From: Lama glama
Lineage: Eukaryota
DNA length: 64,000 nucleotides
NCBI GenBank assembly: GCA_028534125.1
Contig: CM052818.1
Location: forward strand, 15,998,001 to 16,062,000
Direction of reading: 5' to 3'
Below are positions 38,129 to 52,277 of the stretch, in pieces. A program made the translations under genes and the position numbers. How positions within the stretch are numbered: the first letter of the stretch is position 1; every line of letters starts with the position of its first letter. The notes under the pieces are model-generated. The model did no database searches. It was not told the DNA's origin and saw nothing but the letters and a program-made list of their open reading frames with translations.

Positions 38129-39581
38129 CTAGACCATCAAAGGCCCTGGAGATGAACATTAGGAACTTGCATTCTTTCCTCCCCTGAGTTTGCATGTAAT
38201 TTGAACATGTTTTCTTAGAAAACAATATAATAACAAATGGTCTCCGGCTTTCATTTACCAGACTTTTGTTCAGCTAACATTGTGGTATATCATGTAGTCA
38301 TTTACCCTATTCTTTTATTCCAAATATTTGATAAGCATCTGACATGATCTAGGTACCATACGATCAGAGAATTAGTGAAGACAGTAAACAAAGTCCCTTT
38401 CTTGAAGCAATCTGCAGTCTACTATGTTAAGACAACAACTAACAAATCATAGTAAAGTGAAATGAGGGCATGCAAAGTATAGTTTCATACGGAGAAAGAA
38501 TGGCTTGGGTTTGGAAATAGTTAGCAGTCATATTTCTCAGGGTACAATTATAGGTGGGTTCACAGCAGAGGAAATAATTGAACTTTTAGGTGTCAAAAGT
38601 GAGAATGGGTGGAGATGAAATTATTCTCTGTACTCACTGAAATCTTAATATAAAAGTATCTCCCGCTCTCTCTGCTAGTAGAAACACTAGTCTTGCCACA
38701 TACTACACAGCAACCAAGTATGATAATTTTTGTGTATAAAGAGAAGAAAAAGATTTCTTGAGTTTTATTACTTTGGACTTGCATTCTTTTAACTTAATAT
38801 TCTCTCAGGAAGTACAAATCCTATAGTTCATCTGCTTTGGAAGTCAAAAGCATTCAATCGCTCACATGTTGGTCTTTAATTCATTAGTGGCTTCAGTGTT
38901 GTGCACTGACTGAACTCACACAGGGAATCACTTCTGATCATTAGGAAGAAGCATTTACAGAACTTTCTAAGGGTAGTATATTCCCCACACATAATTTGAT
39001 AGTTTCTAGAGTATGCTTTTTAAAAAATGTTTTAAAGGTAAACCTCAGTTTTGGATTCATTTCCTTTGTGATTAAGATCATACACATCAGGCTTTAGTGA
39101 GAAAATCCACATAGTCTTTGATTTAGACCCTATTTCCCAAAGTGACTTAAGATGAAAACTATAAACCCTCCTTGTACCTTCAGCCCTATCAGTGAAGCTA
39201 TACCTCTTTCTATTGCCTGGAGGGGCACTTTTGAAGGGAAACCTGAAGCTTCAAAACAATTGGTTTATGGAACATATGCATTTAACATTTTCATAAATTC
39301 AGTTCTTTAAACTATGGTAGGTTCTTGGAGAACACTTTTATGTAATTTTCCTCCTACTGGACAGTATATTGCTAAGAGTTCATTAACAAATGATAGAAAA
39401 AAAAACAAGAGATTCAGAAACTATCTAGAAAATCTTAAAACAAATGCTTTCTATTCTGGAATAAATAACACTCATATCTCAGATCAACAACTAGCCAAAA
39501 GGAACCTAGAGTTATGTTACTCTGAGCATTTAGGATCTCCAGGAATTAAAAAAACTCTTTTGGTAGTTACCATCTAGGAGT

Positions 39582-40063
39582 TGTCGACTGAAATAAACGT
39601 GCAGCCTAAAAGTTGAGTGTTTTGTTTTATTTGGTGCAAGGACTCAAGCCCGGATGACAGCCTCTCAGATTGCTCTGAGGGACTCCTCTGAAGAGGTAGG
39701 GGAGGAGCCAGGCTACATAGGAGCTTTATTTACAACAAAGACCAGGTAGTTGGAACAATAAAAGATTAATTGTTATCCAAAGAAAACCAGGCATCTCAAG
39801 GGAAAGAATTTGGTGCTTTTCTGTGTATGGGAGGAAGCAAACATGTGGGCTCATTGAATTCATTCCTTTGACAAGCACCCAGCTATCTAGGGCCAGCATC
39901 TTGTCCTTTCTTATTCTGAGTCCGCTCAGAGTGCCCCATTGTGAGTGGCTGCAGAGGCTGGGCTGCAGGCTTGTTTTCCCTGGGGGTGGTGGCAGCTGCT
40001 GATGACTTGATGGTTTTAGCATTCTTTGTTTACTGATATGGTTTGCAGTATTTTTCCTTCACA
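39582..40063 (-). mobile_element. Young solo LTR (ERV1 class), 4-bp TSD GAGT
   Basis: TG...CA termini; GAGT at 39578-39581 and 40064-40067; reverse-complement homologue of 41969-42452. Confidence 0.92.
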
Positions 40064-41215
40064 GAGTAAATGCTAGGGAAATTTAGAAAATCTCTAGGAA
40101 AACACGTCCCCGCAAATAGATTTATGTAGGTCTATGAAACAGAGCCCGTTTTGCCAATTTGATTAGCTTATAGAAAATAAAGAGTCAAACTCTGTGCTCA
40201 GGCACATTTGTCAGCTCCTCTTAAGGCTGAGAAAATTTTCTCTCTCTGTTCCTATTTTAAAAGTTCCATTTGTTTTTAATCCTAATTGTCCTATTTTTCA
40301 GATTTAACTTTCAAGTTGTCTCAATGGAAGTGTGAGATATTTGATTTAAAACAAATAAGAAAAAGAACTCAGGAAAAAAAAGTGTCCCTGACTTCCAGTT
40401 CCTCCGACAAGATACAAAAGGAAGGAGCACAGGAATCTGGCTCCTTTCCCAGAGCTTAACCTTGGAGATGACGCAAAAGCAAGAGGGAAGTTGGCAGATC
40501 TCAGAACATTAAAACCCTGAAGAACTCCCAAGCAGAAGGTGGTAGGTGGGTTCCTGGTTCTGGATTAGAAGCGGGCCAAAAGCATCAATGGGTGACTAAG
40601 AAAAGAAAAGCATTATTGCATTTCCTTTTTTTCTCTTCCACAAATTGCCTCAGGGTATCATTGTTTACTTGTTCCATCTCTGACAAGAGCAAAAAATAAA
40701 ATCATCAGTGAAGTAAACTGGAAGAGGAATTGGGGAATTACAAAACTGGCAGTGCTGGAGGGCAAATAAGGAAAAAACAGGGTAGAGAGACCAGCTTCTG
40801 AGATTTCAAAACTTTCTGTTCATTACCTCCTCTGCTCTCAGATATCTAGGTTATTAGAACCCAGAGAAGAAATCCTTGGGTGTGAGCAGTGCCCAGAGTA
40901 GAAGTACTCAGAAAGTCTCCTAGTTGAACATGTGTTGAGGGCAGGAAAATGGGGTAAGTTGGTGAATTCAGATTGTAAGGAAAGAGCATCTTCATCTTGA
41001 GGCACATTCCCCATGCTCACTTTCTAAATTCATTTTGGAAGATACATTCAGAGTCTGGGAGATGTAATTTTTGCTGGGCCAGTACATTCCTAGCCAGTGC
41101 AGCTGCTATTCCCAAAAGGTTATGTACTCACAGGATAAAATTAGAAATTTGCAGAATATGAAAGCAAAAATAAATAATTAATAATAAGGCAATAACAATA
41201 ATAAATAAAAAAAAT

Positions 41216-41858
41216 CGCTACCGAACCAAACTTACTGCACCTGTGTGCAGTAAAGCCAAGCTACTGTCACTGGGTTGTGATGAAGGAAAAGTGAAGGGAG
41301 TCCATGCAGCTAACGCTCAGAAAACCTGAACTCTGCAAAGGGTTTCAGGGAAGCATTTTTAAAGTCACGGTGAGGGAGGGGAGCTGTAGTGTACCTGATC
41401 ACCTCATGCACAGTTCTCTGATTGGTTGATGGTGAGATAACGGGGCGCTGTTACAGGGGTTAATATCATCAATCCTCAGGCTCCAGCTGGTCTGGGGGCT
41501 AATGGCTCATGGTTCTCACGTAGTTACTTCTGTTTGGTGAGGGTTTTAGCATCTGTGAAACAACTGAGGAATGTACATCAGATACTGTTATCTATGTCCT
41601 TTCAAGGAGGAACTAAAGACTCTATGACTGCTATATGGCTGATTTACTGTTTAAATTGTTACCAGTTCTCCTGGCCCAATTGCTAGTTTGTCACTACATG
41701 TTCACATTCATTCAAACATTAATTCTTGAGCCAGTCTTTTGTGACTCAGGGGAGGCCTAGGAGACCACAGCTTTCCTACAAACAAGAGGCAGGCTGAGGA
41801 CTTGGGGGAGTTGGGGGTTCTGTCTCAAGAAGGCCCTATAGAGTCCTGCTCAGTTACA
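41216..41858 (-). mobile_element. Solo LTR (ERV1 class), TSD AAAT
   Basis: cgctaccgaaccaaact...gtcctgctcagttaca termini; AAAT on both sides; antisense CCAAT (attgg) and TATA-like (ttttaaag). Confidence 0.8.
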
Positions 41859-41968
41859 AAATTAATTGTACAGGCCTCCCCTGCTAAATCTAAATAAAGC
41901 ATTTTAAATACTGTTAGACAGATAAGTGAAAAAAATGGAAAAATGAAGCAGAAGTAAGCTATCATAAG

Positions 41969-42452
41969 TGTGAACAAAAAAATACTGCAAACCATACCAG
42001 TAAACAAAGAATGCTAAAACCATCAAGTCATCAGCAGCTGCCGCCAACCCCCAGGGAAGACAAGCCTGCAGCCCAGCCTCTACAGCCACTCACAATGGGG
42101 CACTCTGAGCGGACTCAGAATAAGAAAGGACAAGATGCTGGCCCTAGATAGCTGGGTGCTTGTCAAAGGAATGAATTCAATGAGCCCACATGTTTGCTTC
42201 CTCCCATACATAGAAAGGCACTAAATTCTGTAACTTGAGATACCTGGTTTTCTTTGGATAACAATTAATCTTTTATTGTTCCAACTACCTGGTCTTTGTT
42301 GTAAATAAAGCTCCTATATAGCCTGGCTCCTCCCCTACCTCTTCAGAGCAGTTCCTCAGAGTGATCTGAGAGGCTGTCACCCCAGCTTGAGTCCCTGCGC
42401 CAAATAAAACGAAACGCTCAACTTTCAGGCTGCGCATTTATTTCGGTTGACA
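41969..42452 (+). mobile_element. Young solo LTR (ERV1 class), 4-bp TSD TAAG
   Basis: TG...CA termini; TATA box (cctatatag, ~42313-42321); AATAAA at ~42403; TAAG at 41965-41968 and 42453-42456. Confidence 0.92.
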
Positions 42453-42656
42453 TAAGAAATAACCAAATGAAGATTCTGTGAACATTTAAATAGGCTAATA
42501 GCTAAAAGATCAAATGAATAATGAAATACTAACTTATGCTTACAGAAGATGTCAATAAAAATAATTATAGGCCCAGATGTTTTTATAGGTGAGTCTTTCC
42601 AAAGTTTCTTAAAAATAGAGAATCTCTTTCTTTTCCACATTGTTCCAGAAAAGAGA

Positions 42657-43033
42657 TTTAGGGTTCTCCAGAGAAACAGAACCAATAAGGGGTGTGTGTG
42701 TGTATAAAGAGATTTATTAAAAAAGACCTAACTTACACAACTATGAAGGCCAGAAAGTCCAAAATCTGCCATGTGGGCTGGCAGGCTGGAAACCCAGGAG
42801 AACTGATAGAACAGATGAAGTTCTGACTCAGTCTTCTGGAGAATTTTATTTTACTACTGAAGGCTGGAAGAGGGTGTCCTTTTTGTTCTATTCAAAGTTT
42901 TGTTCCTTCAAATGATTGGCTGGGGCCCACCCACATTATAGAGGGTAATCAGCTTTACTTAAGGTTCATCAATTTAAATGTTAATCTCATCCAAAAACAT
43001 TCTCCAATTTGACACATAAAATTAACCATCACA
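42657..43033 (-). mobile_element. MLT2 (ERVL) LTR
   Basis: agggttctccagagaaacagaaccaata...gacacataaaattaaccatcaca, characteristic MLT2 antisense ends. Confidence 0.9.
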
Positions 43034-43702
43034 ATAGAAAAAAAGGTCTAAATACACTCACCTAATTTAAAAAGCACATTTGAAATCCAGATTTCTAACC
43101 AGATGAGAATAGCATGGGAATAGAAAAGCAGAGGCTCTTTTCGTTTATGATAATAAATGTGAAATTTCAAGTAAACTATGAATTTTGAGTGGTATTAAGA
43201 ATGATTACATGTGTTTAAATTAGAAAAATACAGGAGTCACATCTTTACTCTAAAACAAGTAATTACCATTGGAGGTAAAAATATTTCACATGCTATGATA
43301 GTCACACAAAGTATCTGCCAAGAATCTAAGTCATCTTTTCAAACATACAGATTACATTTTAGGTGGTTTTTGACACCTACACAGCGAAAGCATTTTGACA
43401 AATTAAATAGAAGGAATTTACACAGCTAATAAGTAGTTTTTGTTTTGTTGTACTTCGATTTAGAGCAAGAAATCTACCTTCAGGTGATTAATCAGCTACT
43501 CTTTAAGATCTTTCTTCAGCTTTTAGTTTATTTTTAATCAAATCAGGGTAAAAGGAGACAAACAGATTTCTTATTGAATATTTTTCTATACAAAAGGACA
43601 TTACGTTTACTTCTGAACTATCTGACTCCAAGTGTGGTAAAATTCATCGCATGCCCATGTGTTTTATCCCTAGAATGCAAGTATTATTTAATAAAAATCC
43701 AT

Positions 43703-44094
43703 TGTTGAACAATAATCAGTATTGAGGTCACAAAGAATATTAGAGGTCTTAGGAACTGCAAATCTGGAAACACAGATTCAGATAAAACTGAAAGAGTGTT
43801 CTGGGAAAGAGAAAGAGTCAGTTGCTTATAAAGGCAAAAGCAACAAGGTTGCTGAAGATTCTTTCCTGGTGCAGGAAAGGAAATATCTGTCCTTAAGGGA
43901 TAGGCTGTGTCACAAGTTATTTTAGAGTAAGGATCCAATAAGTATCTTGAGTTTCTGGAACATTGTGCAGATGTTCTAGATGCCTATGTGAAGACAAGAA
44001 GGAGTCAAAGTCCAGATTCCATCAAGGCTGAGACATATGTAAGTCACTCTTCCTCAGTGGCCCCCTGGCTCCATTTTAGAGAGCTCTTTTAGCA
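43703..44094 (-). mobile_element. Probable solo LTR (ERV1 class)
   Basis: TG start, antisense TATA (cttataaagg), ccatttt near the end; TSD not clear. Confidence 0.5.
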
Positions 44095-44199
44095 ATACCA
44101 ACTCCATTTGACTTCCTTTTTGCAGTGACATAAAAATATAAAATCCAGTGACATAATTTGCCATGAAATTTCTATAAAGGAGGAAAATCACATTTTTCA

Positions 44200-47100
44200 A
44201 CTGAAAAGGAGAAAACAAATTCAGTAAATCTCAGACACCAACTCATGATGGGAAACAATCATTCAAAACTAAGCAACTTGCTTATTTATTAAATTTATCT
44301 ACCAAAGATAAGTGTTTGTGTGTATATGTGTATGTGCATCATATGAACTACAAGTCTTAAACTTAAGAGAAAAAAATTAACACAGACAATATTACTCCTG
44401 AGGAAAAAAAGATGCCCATTATTATCACTACTTCTCATCATATATTGGAAATCCTGGCCCAAGTAATAAGTTAGAGGGAAAAAGAAATAGTAGAGATATA
44501 GGATCCAAATGATAGAATTAAAATTGTCTTCACTTACTAAAGATATAAATCACTATATACATAGCCTTACAACTTGAACAGTTACTCTACCCAAGATTAA
44601 ATTTCAAAAATCAACACTGTTTTAAGGGTTTTACTTCTTGTATGGACAATTACCTCCTATCAAGCCAACTTTCCGGACAACTAAAAAGAGCTGACAAAAA
44701 TAGAAAAATAAAAAGGCTACTAGAAAGCACAAGGGAGTGATCAATAAAAGGCAGATATTGGCTAAGAGGAGGTAACTTGACACTGACGAAGGAAATGTCA
44801 CTGTGTGAATTTCCTATGTTTACAGTTCTTATCTTAGCATAGGCTGTCAAATTCCATTAGAAAACGTGCTGATTTGAAGACTCACAGTCTTGGGATATGG
44901 AAACCAGAGCAACTAGAAACTGAAGCAATTAAATTAAAAAAAGGAGAGAGGCAGAAAGGGGAGTATCAATTGTTGCTGTAAATTCTGTCCAAGATATTGA
45001 CTAAGAAATGAAATGCAAATACATGGGGAAGCATCTGAGCAGCCCAGGTAAGCTAAAAAACCTAAACTGTTTTGAGCTGCTTACTACCACAGGGTCATAG
45101 AGTCTGCAGAGTTCATCTAAGTTATGTACCTGCTAAAAAAATAAAACAAAACAAAAATAAAAATATTCTTTAGAAGAATGTTAATGGAATTCAGAGTTTC
45201 AAAAACATATTATACATAATGTAAAGAATGCAATCCAGAATTTCCCAATATATGGGAAACATGACTTCACAAAGGTAATCAATGAAAACCAATTCCAAGA
45301 TGACACAGATATTGTAGTTCATAGACTAAGGTTTTAAAACAAGTAGTATAACTATATTCAGTGAGGCAAGAAAAAATACAGTCACAATGAATGAAAATTA
45401 GTAAAATCTTAAGACGAATAAAAAGTATATGAAAGAACCAAATGGAAATTCTAGAACTAAAATATACAGTATCTCAATAAAACGTTCACTACATAGATCT
45501 AACAATAAAATGGAGATACCAGAACAAAGAGTCAGTGAGTTTGATGATTAATCAAGAGTAAGTATGCAATCTGAAAAAAAAAAATGGGGTTAACTTCTGG
45601 TTTCAGCTCCAACGTATAAAGAGGTTGGAAATCACCACTTCTGTCCTCCCAAAAAGAAAAAAAAAACCTGGAAACCTGAAAAACAATGATTTGGGAGAAA
45701 TGCACCAATTGCTTGAAATACTGAAACAACCAAAACTCATACAAGGAATAATAAATAATCTGAATAAGCATGTATTTATTAAAGAAATTGAATCAATAAT
45801 TCATAATCGTCTAAAAAAGAAAACAGTATACTCAAATGGGTTCAATGGTGAATATCACCAAATGTTTAAGGAAGACATTTAAATGAATTATAATTTCTAT
45901 AATCTCTTCCAGAAAACAGAAGTAGAGGGAGCACTTACTAACTCTAATGAATGAGGTGAGCATTATCCTAGTATCAAAGTGAGATAAAGACAAGACAATA
46001 TAAAAAGGGAACATTACAAAACCAGTATCTCCCATGAATATAGATGCCAAAATCCCAACAGAAACTAGCAAATCAAATCCAAAAATGTTTAAAAATAATT
46101 ATACAACATAACCAAGTGAGACTTACTACAATTCTGCAAGGCAGTTTCAACATTTGAAAATCATATAATGTAATCCATCACATCAATAGGTTATAAAGAA
46201 ATAATCATACCAATACACATAAAAAATGTATTTTACAAAATCCAATACCTATTCATAATAATTTCTCAGCAAATTAGGAATAGAGGAGACCTTTCTCAAC
46301 TTAACAAAGAGTATCTAGACAAATCTACAATTAATACCATACATAATGATTAGAAACTGGATGTTTTTTCTCTAAGCTCTGGAACATGGCAGGATATGCC
46401 CTCTCATCACTCATATTCAGTACCACACTGGAAGTCCTAGCTAGTGCAACAAAACAATAAAAGGAAATAAAATATATAAATTTGGAGAAAGAAGACATAA
46501 AGTTGTCTTTGTTCATATATGACATGATTATCTATCTAGAAAATCACAAATAATCAACAAAAATACTCCTGGAACTAGTAAGTGGTTGTATCAAGGTTGC
46601 AGCATACAAGGTTAATATACAGAATTGAACTTCTTCCTACATATCAGCAATGAAAAATCAGAAATTGAAATAAAAAACACATCTGCAAGCAAAAGTAAAA
46701 TACTTTAGGGTATAAGTATCACAAAATGTGTACAGGATCTATATGAGGAAATCTATAAAACTTTAATGAAATAAATCAAAGAAGCTCTAAATAAATGGAG
46801 AAATAGACCATGTAAATGAATAGGAAATTCAGTAATGTTCAGATTGACCTATGGATTCAATGTAATCCCAGCCAAAAACCCTGCAAGTTATTTCGTGAAA
46901 ACCAACAAACTGATTCTGAAGTTTATACAGAAAGGCACAAGACCCAGATTAGAGAAAATAATATTGAAGAGAAACAATGAAGATAGAGAACTAATCTCAT
47001 CTGACTTTAAGATTATTGTAAAGCTACAGTAATCAAAACAGTATGGTGTTTGTGAAATAATAGACAAATAGATCAATGGAACAAGAGGGATAGCTATTTG

Positions 47101-49467
47101 TGTAAAAGGTTCACACAAATACTGTCAACTGATTTTTGATAAGGATAAAAGGTAATACAATGGAGAAAGGACAGAAATTTCAATGAATGCTGCTGGAACA
47201 ACTGGGCATTCATGTGCAAAAAAATTATTCTAGACACAGATCTGGTATTTTTCACAAAAATTAACTGAAAATGCATGGCAGACCTAAATTTAAAACTCAA
47301 AATTATACAACTTCTAGAAGATGCTGTTATGACAATAAAAAGACAAGCCACAGATTGGAAGGAAATGTTTGCAAGATAAAGGGTATGTATCCAAAATATA
47401 CGTATAAAGAAATGTTAGGTTGATTACTTACCTTTTACTGTATAAAATGGTGAAATCTAGGTAGATAAAATTTCCAGACGAGGATGAATAAAGTGTAAGA
47501 CATTAGAAGAAAACTTTGTGTTCTAAAAACTAGCTATAAAAGAACAATTGTACAACTACAACAACAAAATAATGATGAATTCGAAGTTAAGTATTTCTAT
47601 TAGGAATGATACTTTAGATGATGGCCATTGATCTCCCACAGATTGGAAAGGTTACTGGTTTTTTTTTTTATTTTCTATATAGCTATGGCTGTTGATAAAC
47701 TGATGTTTAGATTATATAAAGAATACCTGAAGATGAATGAAAAAAGTAAAGAAAACCCATTAAAATGGGTAACTGATATAACTATGCTATCATTATAAAG
47801 GACAATTTAAACAGTCAGAATGTATAGTAATAGGCCCTCAGCCTTTTTCATAAAGACAGAAATGCAAATTAAAATGACGAGACAACTTTGTCACCCATCG
47901 GAATGTAAACAGTACAAAACCTGATGATACATGATGTTGAAGAGGTTCAGTACCAACGTGAACCATTATGCACTGCTGTTGGGATTGTTGATTGTTGATT
48001 GACATCACCATCCGGAAAACAATCTGCTAATGGTTAGTGAAATTGAGCTTGTTTACACCCTTGCCCTTAGTAATCATAAAGATAGATGATACATAGATAG
48101 ATAGAAATTCCAAAGAACTCTAAGAACATAAAAAAAAAAGAATATTTATAAGTATATTCACTATAGCACTATTTGCACTATAAGGGATTTGGGAATAATT
48201 CAGAATATGAATGAGTACAATGTGACTGTAATAGAATTCATGTAATTGGACAGTACATAACAATCAGAAGCAATGGTTTAATATATATCCAACAATATGG
48301 ACAGATAATAAAAACATAATGTTGATTAAAATAAAATAAAATAAAATCACTTTTTACTAAAACATACACAAAGAATAAAGATATTTCAAGAAAAAAATCT
48401 ATTTCTAAGATATGTGTCAATACTTTTGAGTGGGTGAAAGGATTCCAATAGCAGTGGCAGTGAGGAATGAATGAGAGACATAATAAAATAAAACTAGATC
48501 TGAAGGTTTAAACTAATGCATGCATTTATTTTCTATTTAATTATTTAATGAGTACATTTCAAGTGTCAAGTAATACCTTTCATGGTATACAGCATTGAAG
48601 AAGACAGCAAAAGTCCTATGAGAGAAAACCAATAGGGAAAAAAAATCCTGGCAGTGGGTTTTGGGTACTCAGTTTCATAAATGGGCAACTGATTAGATCA
48701 GGAACCTCACAAAACAGTATACACCCCAAACTGCTAATGAATGTGTGCTTAAGTCATTATTCCTCATGGGAAATGTGTATTAAAACTACAATGAGACACC
48801 AATACACACCTACTAAAATGACTGAAGTTTCAACAATGATTGACAATATTAAGTGTTGGGGAAGCTATAGATGGATTTCTTTTACACAGACGGTAGGCAG
48901 GTCAACTTGGAGGTTTCCACTAAAACTAAATACATGTCTACTCTGTGATCCAGTAATTCTACTCCTAGGTGTATACCCAAGAGAAATAAATGTATATGTC
49001 CAATAAAAGACTTGCTGAAGAGTGTTCTCAGCAGCTTTATTCACAATATCCCCAAACTAGAAACAACAAAATGCCAATCAACAGATGGAAGAATAAACAA
49101 ATAGGGGCTCATTCTCATGAAATAGTGATATTCATTCAACAAAACACTACACAGCAATTAAAAACAAAAAGAACAAATTACTGGTATCTGCAGCACATGC
49201 TCTACTTCACCAATATAATACTGAGTGAAATAAGCCAGACACAAAAAGATCAAGAAGAGATAAAACTAACTAATGTTCACAGTTCATACTTGAAGGGAGT
49301 ATGAACTGGCAAAGTGCAGAGTGAAATTTTATTAAGTGCTGGAAATATTCTGCATTTTTTGGGGATGGTTACAGGAGTATATACACATACATATGTGTGT
49401 GTGTGTGTGTGTGTGTGTATAATCATAAGGGTATGTACTTGAGGTTAGTATATCTTATAGATCTTAC

Positions 49468-49528
<61 letters not shown>

Positions 49529-51000
49529 GAGAAAGAAAGAGAGAGGAAGAGAGACAGAGATTGGAGGTGGAGTGTAATTATTTTATGAACTAGTCCCAGA
49601 AATGAAAAATAGGAGTATCATTAACATAACTGTTAATTAGAGATTCCATTTGAGTTTTTCTTTAAAGTAGGTCAAATTTCCCCATGATAACAAAGTTCAG
49701 AGATTTTTCTTCCTAATTTTCTTTGGAGGGTTTTTGTATTAGAGGAGGTTTTTAACTGCTTATTAAATGACAGATGGATTTCTATGTGTTTGATTATATG
49801 CTGAGTGTGAGGGTGTGTAAAAAAATGCCAAGGAAACAAAAAAGAAAACCTAAGGAAAACAAATTTTGAATATAACAAAACTTACGAGTGGTGGGGTAAG
49901 CTATTCTTTAAACACAGTAGTACAGTTTATGTTTGATTTTGCTAGAAATCAGTGTGTGGCTTTTTAGAACTATTCTCATAGCATTGGGAATATTAAAATA
50001 ATGCCACTTAGAAATCACAGAAAAATTCAAACACCTTTACATAAATGATTGAGACATTGTGATAGATCTCTACTCAGAAAACTACATTTTTTTGAAGGAA
50101 ATTAAAGAACACCGAAATAAACAAGCTTGTACTATGTTGATGTATTGGAAGACTCAACATTGTAAAGATGCCAAATCTTACCAATTGATCTATGGAAAAG
50201 TACAATCCCAATAAAAATCTCTGCAGATTTTCTATTGCATGTAAACTGCTAAGTTGTTTATAAAATTTATATGGAAATGCAAGAGCCAAGCATAGCCAAG
50301 GCAATTTTGAAGAAGGATAATAAAGCTTGATACACTGCCAGATATCAAGACCTATTATAAAGCTATAGGAAATAAAAGAGTTTACTGTTGGCACAAGGTT
50401 AGAAAAACTGACCCTTGGAACAGAGTAGATTACAGAAATAAACCTAATCACGTATGGTCACTTGATTTATTCTTAAAAAGTGAAAGTAATGGATATCTTT
50501 CAATATATGTTGGTGGGTCAAACAGAAAACCATAAAGGAAAAATAGCTATATGAATTCCTACTTCACATGATACACAAAAATTAATTCCAGATGAATTTT
50601 GGATCTTATGTGAAAGATAAACAAGACAGTTTTTAAGAGAGAGTATAAAAGAAAATCTTTCTGAATTTGAAATAAGCAAAGATTTCTTAAACAGGATACA
50701 AAAAAGTGTCATCCATCCTGGAAAAGTATGAAAAAACTAGAAAGTATTAAAATAAAGGATTTCTTTTTTCATCTAAAATTTTCATTCATATAATAAAAAG
50801 ACAAGCTGCAGAGTGAAAGAAGATATTTGCAAATGTCAAAAAGCATATTGTACATAAAATTTGTAATCCTGTTTTAATGTCTATACAGAACATTAAAGTT
50901 ACCCTATAAATTCTATAAATCAATGAAGAGAAAAAGGAAATCTAATGGAAGAATGGACAAAAGACTCCAAACACTTCATAATTTAGAATATACAGAATAG
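44200..51000 (+). mobile_element. Cluster of old, nested sense-strand L1M fragments (5' UTR/ORF1 ~44630-45580; ORF2 ~45690-47410; 3' ends ~47680-49470; ORF2 ~50070-51000)
   Basis: ORF1-like aaccaaatggaaattctagaact; ORF2 motifs such as aaaccagtatctcccatgaatatagatgcc (PVSPMNIDA) and tatgacatgatt; IKTTMRHQYTP...DPVILLLGVYP in ORF 48737-49006; many stops and frameshifts. Confidence 0.85.
49395..49560. repeat. (TG)n, long (TA)n (~49471-49523) and GA-rich microsatellites
   Basis: Seen directly in sequence. Confidence 0.95.
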
Positions 51001-51723
51001 AAAGAAGATATTTCCCACTGCCAACTGCATATTAATATTTAAGTGTTAAGGATGCTTTTAACATCCCAGATCATTTGGCAGCATTTTAAAAATAACTTTA
51101 GAGAGTATGTTTCTCCCATATAAACAAAACAGTTTGGCCCTTAGTCTTCCTATCCCCTTGCTTAGTATGTTTCTTTTATTTTCTGCCTGAGTTTCTTCCC
51201 CTTGTATGGTCTTCCTTACCTCTTTCCCTTCTTCTTTATACACAGTATTTTTTTTTAATAAAGGGAAAAACAATAGTCTTAAATAATTACTGTGTATCTC
51301 ATATGATGGTGATACTTGAGTAGTTACTCTTCTCACCATTACTGTCCACTCTCAAAGAACCAAACATTCACTGAGGGTTGTTTACTTAACCCAGACCTGG
51401 TAGAAAGTAGGAGGCAGATGCATTTCCTCTTGACTCTAAGAACCTTGCAATACTGATGTATCTGCCCTCCTGTAAATTAGAACACTGCTATGCATTTACA
51501 GTAATAAAAGCATTCATTGTGTTTAACACTTTGTATACAGTTATCTCTTCAATTTTCACAAAAGACCTAAGTGATAAGTACCAACATCATCCTCTTACAC
51601 AAATGAAGAAACAAAAGATCTCTCTCCTTCTCTTACACATACATGTGGGTGTATACACACACACATGTGTGGATATAGACACACATACTTATGTATGTAT
51701 CTCTCTGTACATACAAATATATA

Positions 51724-52211
51724 TAGGCATACCTCAGAGATATTGTGGGTTTGACTCCAGACCATCGCCATAAAGCAAATATCAGAATAAGACGAGTCAC
51801 ATGAATTTTAGGTTTCTCAGTGCATTTAAAGTTATGTTTACATTATACTGTAATCTGTTAAATGTGAGATAGCATTATGCCTAAAAAAAAAGTACATACC
51901 TTAATTTAAAAATACTTTATTGCTAAAAAAATGCTATTATCTGAGCCTCCAGTGAATCATAATTTTTTTGCACTAGTAACATCAAAGATCACTGATCAAA
52001 GATCACCATAACAAATATTAAAAGTGAAAATTTTTGAAATATTATAAGAATTACCAAAATGTGACACAGGGACATGAAATAAGCAAATGCTGTGGAAAAA
52101 AGTGCCAATAGAATTGCTTGATTCAAAGGTTGCCACAAGCCATCAATTTATAAAAAACACAGTATCTGCAAAGCATAATAAAGCGAAGCACAGTAAGGAA
52201 GTATGTCCGTG
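51724..52211 (-). mobile_element. Internally deleted Tigger1 MITE (Tigger1a_Art-like)
   Basis: TIR aggcatacctc...gtatg, TA flanks; both ends are reverse-complement homologues of the ends of the Tigger1 at 56301-58559. Confidence 0.9.
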
Positions 52212-52277
52212 TACATATGTGTGAGAGAAAGTGACAGAGAAAGATCTCCTTTCTCAAACTATTATAAAATTATCTCC

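Noticed and set aside
39582..42452. LTR pair as the two ends of one provirus
   Set aside because: Orientation is inverted, each LTR has its own TSD, and there is no internal retroviral sequence.
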